Source: a virus. Taken from it: DNA of 64,000 nucleotides. Positions 31,212-41,917 of this stretch are shown here, piece by piece. The stretch spans positions 32,001 through 96,000 of IMG/VR virus record IMGVR_UViG_3300027804_000039; one strand, written 5' to 3'. The translations under genes and the position numbers were made by a program. The notes beneath the pieces are model-generated. The model worked only from the letters and a program-made list of their open reading frames with translations. It was not told where the DNA came from and made no database searches. How positions within the stretch are numbered: position 1 is the first letter of the stretch; every line of letters starts with the position of its first letter.

Positions 31212-33220
31212 TTATCTGGTAAGTCTTGTTGCTTCATGAACTCACAACGTTCAATCCAGATTTTGTAGTACTTGTCCATTTGTCCACCAAAAGTTCCTTT
31301 TAGCTCTCCACATAGAATTGCGGCTGCATCAAATTGTTTGGCTCGATACAATTCTTGCATTGTATTGTAACGCTTTAAGTCTCCTGACCAATCGGCACCG
31401 TTAGGACGCAATGCTGTATAGATTAAGTCTGCTACAGACTTTCCTTTTGGTTGTAAGTTGTCAATGCACAAGTAGAAGAAATCGTCTTTAGTTCTGTTGT
31501 ATGTTTCAGCACCAATGATACATAATACACCGTATGCTTTACAACGTGCTTCTAGTCGCGCGGCTGTTGAAACCATATCACCTAATATGTCATAACTATG
31601 TCTATCAGTGCTTCCCATTTCGCCAATAAAGCCAATACCTGTATTACAACCCCAACCCATTGCAGCCGGTGGTAAACCCTGTGCTTCCATTTCTTTTGTG
31701 TAAGCATCAACAGCATCTAACATCTGTAAACCAACAGCAACAATAGTACGAGCATGATTAGGATCTTCAATAGGAGCACCATGTATGTGCATACTTGCAT
31801 CGCCTACGTACTTAATAACCATACCCTTGTTGTCCATGATAGGACGACTAATAGCATCCATATAGCCGTTCATATACTTGCCTAATCCGGCAACGTCATC
31901 TCCGTAGTGTTCACCGATTGGTGTAAATCCACGTAAGTCACTAAACATAACTGACACATCTTTTCTTACACCACGCTTAATTAAATCTGGGTCTTTCTGT
32001 AACATCTCTACTACTTCTTTAGAGCAGTATCCAGCAAACTGTTTCTTGATTGCTTGTTTCTGTAAGAACTCACTTACAAACTTAACACCGTAAGTATGCA
32101 AAGCGACAAGAACAAGACCAGCCGTGCTTGCCGTCGCGTCTCCCAAGATTCTGAATTCACTGAAACCATAGCGACTAGCAACAACACAGGCAATGACCCC
32201 AGTAATAGTTGTAATAATACCGACATAGGTCCACCTCGACATTCCAATAATAATCAAACCTAATACTAATAATGTTAGTATTTCCGCTCCATCGGCCCAA
32301 TCAGGACGTTGAATTACTACTCCGTTAACCATAGTACCAATGACTGCTGCTTGTACTTCGTGTGGCCATACTGCACCTTTGGCAGTTGGCAGTGGATTGC
32401 TAATACCCGCAGCACTTGGTCCTACGATGACAATAGCACCTTCTAAATCTTTTGGTAATTGTGTTAAACTGAAACTGCGTGACTGCTGACTCCAGTCAAT
32501 CCAAATACGTCCTAAGTTGTCTGTTGTAACTGGACCAAATTTAGGTATACGCATCTTTTCTACACCACCTTCAAACAGTTTAACTTGGAAGGTAGAATCG
32601 CCTGCTGCAACTCTGAGTGTCTCCATAGCTATGCTAGGATAAAGTTTACCGTCAACTCCTACAATCAACGGTAAACGGCGATTCACACCGTCCACCTCTG
32701 GGAGTGTGTTTGTTATTCCAATGCCTGCAGCATTGTTTTCTAATATTGGAACGTTTGCTATAAGTCCAGGATACTGTACAATTTGATCCATGAACTCTGG
32801 ATTAAGAACTGCCGATCCTGGAACACGTGGATCATTCTTTGTCTTTTGTGCAGGTGTGCTTGATAAAACTACAGGAAACTCTTTTAGAGCTTGACCCAGC
32901 GCACGGTCTCCACCTGTACGGTCTGGTTCTGGCATGAGTACATTAAGTACAACAAGTCCTGCTCCCCTCTGATATAAATCTCGTACAATTTTGGCATATT
33001 CTGCTCTTGGTAGCGGCCACTGTCCATGTTTGTTTAAACTATCTTCATCAATATTTACAGTTACAATGTTATTAAATGTAGGTTCTTTGGCAGTAATTAA
33101 TGTGTCAAAATAACGTAGCCTAACACTTTCAACGAATGTAGGATCTGCAACACGTATGCCCACTACTAATGCTAAAGTCAGTAGAGCAGTCCAAGGGCTG
33201 AGTAATATTTTTTTCATCAT
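31178..33220 (-). CDS. CHASE2-domain class III adenylate/guanylate cyclase
   Basis: CHASE2 (VNIDEDSL..HGQWPLPR, DGVNRR), TM helices, FSDLRGFT, KYVGDA, YDILGDMVSTAARLE. Confidence 0.93.
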   Translation of the reverse strand: MMKKILLSPWTALLTLALVVGIRVADPTFVESVRLRYFDTLITAKEPTFNNIVTVNIDEDSLNKHGQWPLPRAEYAKIVRDLYQRGAGLVVLNVLMPEPDRTGGDRALGQALKEFPVVLSSTPAQKTKNDPRVPGSAVLNPEFMDQIVQYPGLIANVPILENNAAGIGITNTLPEVDGVNRRLPLIVGVDGKLYPSIAMETLRVAAGDSTFQVKLFEGGVEKMRIPKFGPVTTDNLGRIWIDWSQQSRSFSLTQLPKDLEGAIVIVGPSAAGISNPLPTAKGAVWPHEVQAAVIGTMVNGVVIQRPDWADGAEILTLLVLGLIIIGMSRWTYVGIITTITGVIACVVASRYGFSEFRILGDATASTAGLVLVALHTYGVKFVSEFLQKQAIKKQFAGYCSKEVVEMLQKDPDLIKRGVRKDVSVMFSDLRGFTPIGEHYGDDVAGLGKYMNGYMDAISRPIMDNKGMVIKYVGDASMHIHGAPIEDPNHARTIVAVGLQMLDAVDAYTKEMEAQGLPPAAMGWGCNTGIGFIGEMGSTDRHSYDILGDMVSTAARLEARCKAYGVLCIIGAETYNRTKDDFFYLCIDNLQPKGKSVADLIYTALRPNGADWSGDLKRYNTMQELYRAKQFDAAAILCGELKGTFGGQMDKYYKIWIERCEFMKQQDLPDNWNGEFVAHEK

Positions 33221-33273
33221 ATATTTATCGTAAAAATAGCCCGCCAAAGCGGGCTATTATATACGTAGTTTAC

Positions 33274-36200
33274 TTAGAAGCCTTTTGTTAAGGTAATTCC
33301 AACTGAACTGATGTTAGCATTATCACCTTTTTGTTGTAATCCAACATTGACACCAAGTTTAGTTGTCTTATCAACACTATAACTTAGTCCAGCACCAAAA
33401 CTTGGATTTGTTTTTCCGTTGCTTGGTAATGAACTATTAAATGATGTTAAGCCGCCAATTTCACTGGTTCCTGTAAATGTTGCACTTTGACCAGTTAAGT
33501 TTTGTGTAACGCCCACACTAACATTACCTGATAGTTTTTCTGTTAGTTGTTTTGCTACACTCACACCTGCAATAGCACTTGTATTATTACGCTTAGTGCT
33601 ATTAACTGTTAGCGGAAACTCTGGACCTGTTTCTGTATAACCACTGTAGTTAGATTCAACGTAACGAACACCAACATAAGGGGTTACTGTTACAGTTTCA
33701 CTAACTGGCATAGCGTAGTTGGCACGTAGTTGATATGCTTTGTTATCTACTGACATCTTGCCTACGCCTGTTTCTGGACCTTGACGTGTCATAGTCATAG
33801 TACCTTGATTAAATGCCGCACTACCTTGTATACTTAAACGTTCTTTAGTCCAAGTAGCAAACACGCCATATGCTGGATCGCTGGTTTGACTTACATTGCC
33901 AATAGTTGGGTTGTTTGTTGGAGCATTAGTTGTTACACCTACTCTCCAGCTGTCGTTTATTTTCTTAGCAACAGTTATGCCACCATTTAATAAATCGCCG
34001 CCAGCAGCCTTACTTTGTCCAACGTTAACGCTAACACATGCACCTGCTGAACCAAACACTGAGCAGTCATTGCCTAATGCACCAGTTACAGCATTGGACT
34101 GTAGGTTAATAGCGTTTGCTAAGTTTGCCTTGGTAACATTGATACTAGATTGTGTAGCAGTAGCATCTGGAGTTACATATAACTTAACATCTGTTAAAGA
34201 ATATTTTAAGTAGTTGCTACCAGATAATGGATCATATGTACCATTAACTGAGCCTGCTGACAATACAGTATATCTACCGTAAGTTGTTGGAGCATTGTTT
34301 ATAGTCAATCCACCACCTAAGTTAGCAACGCCTGTGACTAAAATTGGTTGATTCATTGACATTACAGTTGTTCCAGCAGTTTGTGTATAACCACCCAGTG
34401 TACCACCATTATAGTTAAATGTACCAGTGTTGTTAACTGTACCAGTATTTCCTGTGTTAGTGAATGTACCTGTATTTGTAACATCTCCTACTGTTCCGTT
34501 ATTAACTGCTGTACCGCTGTTAGTAAAGAAACTAACCACAGCATTTACAGCATTAGTAAACCAACCACTGTTATTACCAGTAGTAACAGAACCACTGTTG
34601 GTCATTGTGCCTGTGTTAACAACATCAGTAATAGTTCCTGTAACATTGCCAATTGTACCGTTGTTGGTTAATGAAGCCACTGTACCAGTGTTTGATAGTG
34701 TGCCGGTAATAACGCCATCGTTGGTCAATGATAAACCTGCTGTGTTATCAACACTTGCGGCTGTTCCTGTGTTAGAGAAACTTCCACCTGTTAATGTAAC
34801 AGCACCAGCTGTACCACTGTTGTTAAATGTAGCATTGTTAATAACTGTGCCAACTGTTCCAGCATTGTTTAACACACCATCATTAGTGTATGTTCCTTGA
34901 ACCACACCTGTAGCGTTATTGTTAAATGTGCTGTTGGTTGTAACTGCGCCTGTTACAGTTCCGTTGTTATGGAACGTACCATGTGCTTCAGTGTTATTGA
35001 TGCTGCCAATAGTACCGTTGTTAGTTACACTACCACCGTTGTAGGTGACAGTAGTAATTGTGCCGCTGTTATTAACAATATGATTATTGTATGCTAGGTC
35101 AGAAATAGTACCACCAACGTTGTTGTTTAAAACGCCTGTGTTACTAACAGAGCCAGTAGTTCCAGTGTTGTTAAATGTGCCGCCAGCATTAGAAACTGTA
35201 CCCATTGTACCGCTGTTATTAAATGTACTATAGTTTGTACCGTTAGTTAAAGTTCCAGTATTGGTCATTGTAGCAGTATTACCATCGCCATTGAAACCGT
35301 TAGTCCAAGTAGTACCTGTACCGTTATTGATAAATGTTCCTAAGTTAGCAATAGTTCCAACTGTTCCGTCATTGGTAAATGTGCCACCTAAGTTGTTAGT
35401 AACATTACCTGTTGTACCTGTAGAATTGTTAGTAAATGTTCCAGAGTTTGTTACATCACCAGTTGTACCGTTGTTAGTAAATGTACCACTGTTAGTGACT
35501 GCACCAGTTGTACCGTCATTGGTGAATGTTCCGGTGTTGGTAACTGCTCCTGTTGTGCCGCTATTAGTGTAAGTGCCACCGTTGGTCACAGTTGTTACTG
35601 TTGTACCGCTAGGATTTGAAGCAGTTGAACCGCTGTTGTTTGTTACTGGTTGTGGTCCAGGAGGCGCAAGGCTGCTGACTGATCCGGCAGTACCTGGGTT
35701 GGCAATAGTTCCAGTGCCGCTGTCTGTTGGCACAGTATATGCTGTGTAGACTGTGTCATAGTAGTAAGTAACATCACCAATTTGTACGCTGTCACAGGCT
35801 AATGAACCTAGTGCCGCTTGACATCCTGCTACACTACCATATTGATCTATGGCTTTAATACTTGGGAAAGTAATAAAGTAGTAGAAGTAAGCATTGTTGT
35901 TGGTAATGTCATAACGGCTAGTAGTTGTATAACGACTACTGCTTAGTGTAATTGCTTCTGCGTCAACAATGGTAGTCCAGTTGATACCGTCATTACTACC
36001 AAACAAACTATACTTGGATGGGTCACGTGCCACAAAGTCATTAGCCGTTGTAAATGTTACACCTCTAATCACACGTGGTGTATCTAACTTAATTGTAAAA
36101 CCTGCGTTGGCACGGTCAAAGTTTAGATACTTGGTTGATGGATTGCCGTCAAGTGCTTGAGAAGCACCTTCGCCTGATGGGCTGTTGTTACTTGTTGGAG

Positions 36201-36768
36201 TAACTGATGTAATGTTTGTATTTGATAAAACTGTTACGTAATTTGTACTTGGTGTACTAGGTGTGCTAGGAGTTGAACTCGCTGTTTGGCCTGCTGTCAA
36301 CGGTGTTGTACTAGCCCAAGCATAACTGGTTAAATCAGATGATGACACTGATTGATCCATATTAGTAAACTGAGCACTTTGGCCGTAACTATATCCTTGA
36401 GATGTTGAAATAACGTTGCCAAAGAATCCACTACCTATATAGAAAATAGCACCACTGCCTAGTGCAGTAATAGTACCTGTAGAATGAATAGTTCTTGCTA
36501 GTGTGTTGTCACTATTATAAAGCCCTAGCCCATAGTCTCCGTTGCCATTGTCTATGAATTTAAAATATTGACCAGTAGTAACTGTAACTGTGTTAAAGTT
36601 TTCGTCATATGGTGCAATAAAGTTTGAAGCGTTTAATGTATTTCCGCTCCAATAATATTGTACGTCAAATATTTGATTTACACTGAATGCGCCGTCTGTT
36701 ACAGCTGCGTGTGCCGTAGTCGCGCCTAATGTCATAGCCACAAGAGTGGCGATAAGTGTTTTTTTCAT
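33274..36768 (-). CDS. Autotransporter-like adhesin (discoidin-like domain, Asn/Gly/Thr repeats, C-terminal beta barrel)
   Basis: Signal peptide; ALDGNPSTKYLNF...; TNSGTFTN repeats; amphipathic C-terminal strands ending in F. Confidence 0.8.
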   Translation of the reverse strand: MKKTLIATLVAMTLGATTAHAAVTDGAFSVNQIFDVQYYWSGNTLNASNFIAPYDENFNTVTVTTGQYFKFIDNGNGDYGLGLYNSDNTLARTIHSTGTITALGSGAIFYIGSGFFGNVISTSQGYSYGQSAQFTNMDQSVSSSDLTSYAWASTTPLTAGQTASSTPSTPSTPSTNYVTVLSNTNITSVTPTSNNSPSGEGASQALDGNPSTKYLNFDRANAGFTIKLDTPRVIRGVTFTTANDFVARDPSKYSLFGSNDGINWTTIVDAEAITLSSSRYTTTSRYDITNNNAYFYYFITFPSIKAIDQYGSVAGCQAALGSLACDSVQIGDVTYYYDTVYTAYTVPTDSGTGTIANPGTAGSVSSLAPPGPQPVTNNSGSTASNPSGTTVTTVTNGGTYTNSGTTGAVTNTGTFTNDGTTGAVTNSGTFTNNGTTGDVTNSGTFTNNSTGTTGNVTNNLGGTFTNDGTVGTIANLGTFINNGTGTTWTNGFNGDGNTATMTNTGTLTNGTNYSTFNNSGTMGTVSNAGGTFNNTGTTGSVSNTGVLNNNVGGTISDLAYNNHIVNNSGTITTVTYNGGSVTNNGTIGSINNTEAHGTFHNNGTVTGAVTTNSTFNNNATGVVQGTYTNDGVLNNAGTVGTVINNATFNNSGTAGAVTLTGGSFSNTGTAASVDNTAGLSLTNDGVITGTLSNTGTVASLTNNGTIGNVTGTITDVVNTGTMTNSGSVTTGNNSGWFTNAVNAVVSFFTNSGTAVNNGTVGDVTNTGTFTNTGNTGTVNNTGTFNYNGGTLGGYTQTAGTTVMSMNQPILVTGVANLGGGLTINNAPTTYGRYTVLSAGSVNGTYDPLSGSNYLKYSLTDVKLYVTPDATATQSSINVTKANLANAINLQSNAVTGALGNDCSVFGSAGACVSVNVGQSKAAGGDLLNGGITVAKKINDSWRVGVTTNAPTNNPTIGNVSQTSDPAYGVFATWTKERLSIQGSAAFNQGTMTMTRQGPETGVGKMSVDNKAYQLRANYAMPVSETVTVTPYVGVRYVESNYSGYTETGPEFPLTVNSTKRNNTSAIAGVSVAKQLTEKLSGNVSVGVTQNLTGQSATFTGTSEIGGLTSFNSSLPSNGKTNPSFGAGLSYSVDKTTKLGVNVGLQQKGDNANISSVGITLTKGF
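35381..35600 (-). repeat. Imperfect 15-aa (45-nt) tandem repeats in adhesin
   Basis: TGAVTNTGTFTNDGT / TGAVTNSGTFTNNGT / TGDVTNSGTFTNNST. Confidence 0.75.
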
Positions 36769-36834
36769 TTCCGATTTCGCTCCCGGTTAATGTATTTTTA
36801 TTTAAATCTATATTGTTTTGTATTAACTGTTCAG

Positions 36835-37938
36835 TTAATTTTGCACAATAGTTAATGTGCTAGTTGAGCCTTTATTCACATTTTGAATAATAGTCTGCCC
36901 ATCTTGTATTAAAGTGAATGTTACATTTTTTGTTGTATCAAATGTTGCAGTAGCGTTGTGTGTACCTGCTTTGTACAAAGTAACTTTGGTTTGATCATCG
37001 TTAAAGTAATAGTTTAATCCCATTGCCTTATTAGAATTATATCCAGGTAGGATTGGATTATCTAACTCATCACTAAGCAATGAAGAATTTTGCCTATCCA
37101 ACTCGTTTTGTGCATAAAAATCCAACAAGTCTGCATTAAGGTCATTTCTATCTAATGCTTTATTATCATCTAACTTATTAGTGTCTAATGCTGTATATTT
37201 TAATAAGTCAACATCTAGAGCATTAAAGTCTAATAAACTTTTTTCTTTCTTACTAACACCTGCTTTGGTATCATCTTGCACTTCAGGTGGCTTGCTAATA
37301 ATCAACATATTATTAATGTTGGCCTGATCAATTTTTATTACAGTTGGAGTACTAGGAGGAGAAGACATTGAATTTACAAGTGTTGCTTGGTAAGGAACAT
37401 CTAACAAAACTACTCCAGCTAAGTTGCTGACTTCGATTGCTCCCGTAACACACCCCCCTTTTGGATCACAACTAGGAAGCAGCATAATTAAACTGCGTCC
37501 TAGTTCGTCTACGGTCATTGAAAAGTCTGTGCCTCGAACAGCAATATTAGCAGTTGGAGTTTTTATCGCTACCTGCTGGGGATTGTTTTTAGCAATCTGC
37601 CCACTAGCATAACGAGCTGTTCCCAGCGCCATGTTTAAGGCTAATTTACCTGATCCTTTTTTTGGGTCATAGACAAAATCATCTATGACCATTTTACTAT
37701 GCTCTGTGAGTTTTACTGTGGTTTTATCTTCAAATGTTAACTCTGCCTTGGCTTTGGCAGTACTAACGGTATCGTTCATTTCTACAGAAGAATTGACATT
37801 AGCCGAAATTGATTTTTTATCTCGGATAATTTCTGTAGGACCAGTCTGCTCAGTAACCTTGCCAATACCGGCAAAACTATTAATCGGACTGAGTAACAAT
37901 AACGTTGTTATTAGAACCGTTGCTGGTAATAACTGCAT
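36835..37938 (-). CDS. FecR-domain protein
   Basis: LTFEDKTTVKLTEHS, GTARYASG, KTPTANIAVRGTDF. Confidence 0.88.
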   Translation of the reverse strand: MQLLPATVLITTLLLLSPINSFAGIGKVTEQTGPTEIIRDKKSISANVNSSVEMNDTVSTAKAKAELTFEDKTTVKLTEHSKMVIDDFVYDPKKGSGKLALNMALGTARYASGQIAKNNPQQVAIKTPTANIAVRGTDFSMTVDELGRSLIMLLPSCDPKGGCVTGAIEVSNLAGVVLLDVPYQATLVNSMSSPPSTPTVIKIDQANINNMLIISKPPEVQDDTKAGVSKKEKSLLDFNALDVDLLKYTALDTNKLDDNKALDRNDLNADLLDFYAQNELDRQNSSLLSDELDNPILPGYNSNKAMGLNYYFNDDQTKVTLYKAGTHNATATFDTTKNVTFTLIQDGQTIIQNVNKGSTSTLTIVQN

Positions 37939-38551
37939 TTTTAGCAAACGCTCCACTCTGTGTTAATGTTACCGCGTTGGCAACTGTGCTAGTTCCACTT
38001 CCTGAAACTGTTATATCTCCTGAATGTAAACCTACTCCTGATGCTGTGTGCGTTACGTTATTATAGTTGCCGTTAATAGCGATCTTACTTTGTATAACAC
38101 CGCCGCTCAATGTTTGTACAGTATTGTTGTTGTTGCCAGTGATTTCAGATCTGATTATACTAGCATTACAAGTCGAAGCCAACGCTGTTCCGCAACCAAT
38201 AGTTTGATTGTTGTTACTGCCGTCTGCTGAAACAACAACAGTTGATCCAGTTCCGTTAGTTTCATTGTTAATAATCATACTTAGGGTATTACTAGCACCA
38301 ATTTGGCTTATAGTTACATTATTAAGATCACCCCTAACTATTGCCGCATCATCTGCATTGCCGTTGCCGCCTACGTTGCCGTTGACCAAATTACCTGCGC
38401 CCGTCTGTGTAATAGAGACTGACGAGTTGTCACCAATTTGATCTATATAAACGTCGTTAGCAAATGCGCCCGATGACAGCATTCCAGCCGCCATAAGAAT
38501 TGTAAGTAATTTTCTCGACAACTTACCACCGCCTGTGATTCTTTTTTTCAT
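37880..38551 (-). CDS. Curlin-like repeat protein (CsgA/B-like)
   Basis: Signal peptide and repeated Q.G..N / .GN.N motifs. Confidence 0.7.
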   Translation of the reverse strand: MKKRITGGGKLSRKLLTILMAAGMLSSGAFANDVYIDQIGDNSSVSITQTGAGNLVNGNVGGNGNADDAAIVRGDLNNVTISQIGASNTLSMIINNETNGTGSTVVVSADGSNNNQTIGCGTALASTCNASIIRSEITGNNNNTVQTLSGGVIQSKIAINGNYNNVTHTASGVGLHSGDITVSGSGTSTVANAVTLTQSGAFAKNAVITSNGSNNNVIVTQSD

Positions 38552-38635
38552 TTTATTCGCTCCGGATGCAAGTTTAAGTTTGTTAATGCATCCAATTTTT
38601 AAGTTTAATAAAAGACTTCTCCTATGCTTAACTCA

Positions 38636-39877
38636 TTAAGGTTTGTGTTCTGAAAGCATGTCAGACTTCACATACCCTTTACGCTTCTCTGCGTCTACTA
38701 CATAATGCCATCCCTCTGGTCCTGGGGAAATGATATTAAGTTCAGTTCCTTTTTTCAACAACCATGTACGTTGACTTTTTTCATTTGATTCTTTATAAAC
38801 ATATGAATCTTGTTTAAGGTATCTTGGTACCCATAACTTTACAGGCTCGCTAACAGTAGTATCAGAAATTTTAGATTCAACTGAGTGTTCTGCTACAACC
38901 GCAATATGTTCTGGTTGTATAGGAACTATCCTTGATTGAGGTTGCGTTTTTTCGGACTGCTCTTTTTTGCTTGTTCCATTGCCTTCTCTGTTGCTGGGCT
39001 GGACCGTGACGGACTGCTCGGGCTCAGGGGCTCTTTGGGGTGTTTGTGAGGTTTGTGATTGAACCAACTCATCTTTCTTCTCCTCTTTAATAGCAGGTTT
39101 AGGAGTCTTATATCTCCATAGACCTTTTTTCTCACCTTCGACTATCATATCGTGTACTGCTTGTTCTATGGCTACACGTACTGCGTAAGTTGTAGGCTCG
39201 TTTAAAGCCATACCGTTTTCTAATTCTAAACTCTTTGTGCCAGCGTCCACAAAACGAAGTACACCCACGTTATGTTGTGTGCTATAGATTGTTTTAGATA
39301 CAGCATTAGTGATCAATACTTCGCCACTGTTGACACTAACCAGTCGCATAGATATAACTATCTCATCCACTCTGTATTGTTGACTTCCGCCAATACCTAA
39401 AAATCTAGCTCCATTGCCTCCGCTACGTATATTACTATCGTATCCAATAATACCACCTTCTATCATTATGCCTGCTACTGTCATAGGCTTAAGAGGTTTA
39501 GCATCTTTACCTTCGTATACTTCGCGTTGATTTCGAATTAACTGTCTTTCTTTTACGAGGTTATCTAATCCTACACGTTCCACTACTTTAAACCAATTTT
39601 TACTATCTTGTAAACTTTTAATTAAAAATACTTCAGCACCTTGGGTAACTGCTTTTGAAAATACTGCTAATTTGTCGTTAGGTTTCATTTGTCCGGTTTT
39701 GTCCATAAAACCGTAAACTGCAATGGTCATAGGTGGGCCATCTAACTCTGGAAGTTTTTCAATAAGACTTTCTCTTGTCTTTAAAGATACAGGCTCTTCT
39801 TTGGCGGCGTCCATGTGTATAGTAGCACAACCCGACAATGACCCTGCAACTAATATTGATAATAATAGTTTTTTCAT
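38636..39877 (-). CDS. csgG: CsgG/HfaB-family secretion pore lipoprotein with C-terminal SH3-like domain
   Basis: Lipobox LSGC, AVYGFMDKTGQ.K, AVTQGA, WFKVVERVGLDNLVKERQLIR. Confidence 0.9.
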   Translation of the reverse strand: MKKLLLSILVAGSLSGCATIHMDAAKEEPVSLKTRESLIEKLPELDGPPMTIAVYGFMDKTGQMKPNDKLAVFSKAVTQGAEVFLIKSLQDSKNWFKVVERVGLDNLVKERQLIRNQREVYEGKDAKPLKPMTVAGIMIEGGIIGYDSNIRSGGNGARFLGIGGSQQYRVDEIVISMRLVSVNSGEVLITNAVSKTIYSTQHNVGVLRFVDAGTKSLELENGMALNEPTTYAVRVAIEQAVHDMIVEGEKKGLWRYKTPKPAIKEEKKDELVQSQTSQTPQRAPEPEQSVTVQPSNREGNGTSKKEQSEKTQPQSRIVPIQPEHIAVVAEHSVESKISDTTVSEPVKLWVPRYLKQDSYVYKESNEKSQRTWLLKKGTELNIISPGPEGWHYVVDAEKRKGYVKSDMLSEHKP

Positions 39878-40323
39878 TAGAATGCAAAGCTCGCTATCGG
39901 TACAACAATCTCTGTTCTACTACCATTTGCTTCAATGATAGTTAGGGTAACGTCTGTACCTGTTTTTACCCAACTAATATTAGTGCCTTGAAAATTCATA
40001 GTTCCACTATCTCCGCCGCCTTCAGAAAACATCTGGTCAGCTAACTGTTTAGATAATTGTGCGTAGATACGTGCCTCTACGTTAACTAAGAATTTGCTTA
40101 GATTTGTGCTTTTTGCAGCTGCTTCTGCTTTAGCTATAGCCGCGGCTTCTTCCGCCTTAATTTCTTTCTTTTTATTTTCTTCTAGTTGATAGATACTAAG
40201 AACATGCTGGCTGAATCCATTGCCTGGTATGAAGGCTGGACTTTGAAAATTGTGTACTAGTTCTGTTTTACCTGTGTTGGCAACAAAAACTAGTGGAATA
40301 AGCACTAATAATTTTTTTACCAT
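39877..40323 (-). CDS. csgF: Curli assembly protein CsgF-like
   Basis: LVHNFQSPAF.GN N-terminal motif; adjacent to csgG. Confidence 0.75.
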   Translation of the reverse strand: MVKKLLVLIPLVFVANTGKTELVHNFQSPAFIPGNGFSQHVLSIYQLEENKKKEIKAEEAAAIAKAEAAAKSTNLSKFLVNVEARIYAQLSKQLADQMFSEGGGDSGTMNFQGTNISWVKTGTDVTLTIIEANGSRTEIVVPIASFAF

Positions 40324-40392
40324 GATTCGCTCCCGGTATCCGGTATTACTATTTACAGCGTAAAAGCAGCGAATTATAGTGTCTTTTAATTA

Positions 40393-41907
40393 TTAAGCTT
40401 CAGGTTCGTCTGTAGTAGGAGGCACGTAAGGTGTGTATAACCGTTGTGCTTGAGGTACTTGTCTTGCGTATTGTACCTGTAGTTGAGGTATTTGTTGTTC
40501 TAACTCGGCAATAATAGTGTTAGTGTCTACGCCTTGTAACCTCATTTCTGTGGCAATGATTGCCATTTTTTGAATAACACGTTTGTCTCTTACACCACGT
40601 AAATTAGCAAAACGTTCTGCCCAACCTAGCATTTGCTGTTTAAACTCAGCAACCTTTTCTGGTTTCTTAGGGGCTGTTTTACCAAGTTTAGAAAGTTCAG
40701 GTTTGGCTGTTGCTAAACCGTAATCTTTTGGAACGACTTGAATTTGTGGGTAAACTGTTCGTTTAGCATCTTTACCACTCAAGTAAGTAGTGTCAGAATT
40801 AAGTCGCAGACCCTTGTCTCCTAAATCTTCTGCACTATCGTAGTAAATTGTAGTTTTGTTAGGAATACTAATAAACAATACACCGTCGTCATGCTTTGCA
40901 GCCATGTAATAATTAAAATTAGCTCTTGCCCAAAATTGCATAGCTGAACTTGCATCAAGTTTTTCAATTGACGATATAATCCCGTTAACATTTTTCATTA
41001 ACTTAGTTTTATAATCAGGACGAGGATTTTTAAATTTTTTACCAAAGATAATTTTAACGCTATTCCTAATCAATCCCATAAACATGGTAGCATCTTTAGG
41101 ATTGAGATTTGAAAGCAATTTGATTGCTTCGTTAATGTTAACGCCGCTATCTCCTACTTTGGTACCCTTAGATCTAGCAAAATCGTTTAGTGCTTTTGAT
41201 GCCGCCTCATATCCTTCACCTGGAATAACTTCTTGATCCCCAAAACGAGCAGAACTTACTTTACCCTTAACAACTGTTTTCTTTCCAGTTTCTGGGTTTA
41301 TTTTAATCTTATCTTTACCTACGTCAGATGTTTTTACTTCTACAGCTAAAACTTTTCCATTGTAGTTTACTACTAAGTCGCCTTTACCACTTTCTGGTTT
41401 GCCAATTCTTTTACTAAGGACGCTAAGTCCAAATTCACCTTTGCCGTGCCCTAGTGCAGAAATAATCATTAATTCGTCTACTAGTTCTTGAATAATAGGG
41501 TTACTGTTGTATCCGTTAAAAACTTCTGTCCAGCCTGCTAAATCGTTTCCAAGTAATGCGTCTAAATTAACTAGTTTGTCTGTTCTCCACAAATCAAATA
41601 GTTCTTTACGATCCTCTGGAGTAGCGTTGCCAAATGATAAAATTTGGTTGATATAACGAGCTAAGAGCATGTGAGCTTCTCTAACTATAGGATCCTGCAC
41701 ACTTTGTATATCTTTGTTAAGTAAGCCTGTGCGTCCACCTGCATTTACATCTCTAAGTAAATCTTCAATTTCACGTAGAGTTTTAACGGTGGCTTCATCT
41801 GCTGGTAATTCTTTAATTTTACCGGCAAGTTGCTTTTTTAAGTCAGTAATGGCTGCGGAAGCCATTTCAAAAATAGGGGAAAGGAATTTAATGTCATCAA
41901 ATCGCAT
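40393..41907 (-). CDS. Large hypothetical protein, possible PD-(D/E)xK fold
   Basis: GKGE...GDL...VEVK motif; late promoter ATAAATA upstream. Confidence 0.5.
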   Translation of the reverse strand: MRFDDIKFLSPIFEMASAAITDLKKQLAGKIKELPADEATVKTLREIEDLLRDVNAGGRTGLLNKDIQSVQDPIVREAHMLLARYINQILSFGNATPEDRKELFDLWRTDKLVNLDALLGNDLAGWTEVFNGYNSNPIIQELVDELMIISALGHGKGEFGLSVLSKRIGKPESGKGDLVVNYNGKVLAVEVKTSDVGKDKIKINPETGKKTVVKGKVSSARFGDQEVIPGEGYEAASKALNDFARSKGTKVGDSGVNINEAIKLLSNLNPKDATMFMGLIRNSVKIIFGKKFKNPRPDYKTKLMKNVNGIISSIEKLDASSAMQFWARANFNYYMAAKHDDGVLFISIPNKTTIYYDSAEDLGDKGLRLNSDTTYLSGKDAKRTVYPQIQVVPKDYGLATAKPELSKLGKTAPKKPEKVAEFKQQMLGWAERFANLRGVRDKRVIQKMAIIATEMRLQGVDTNTIIAELEQQIPQLQVQYARQVPQAQRLYTPYVPPTTDEPEA

Positions 41908-41917
41908 AGTAAAATAT

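Noticed and set aside
33896-36160. + strand Val/Pro-rich ORFs opposite the adhesin
   Set aside because: Artefacts of the Thr/Asn/Gly repeats on the coding strand
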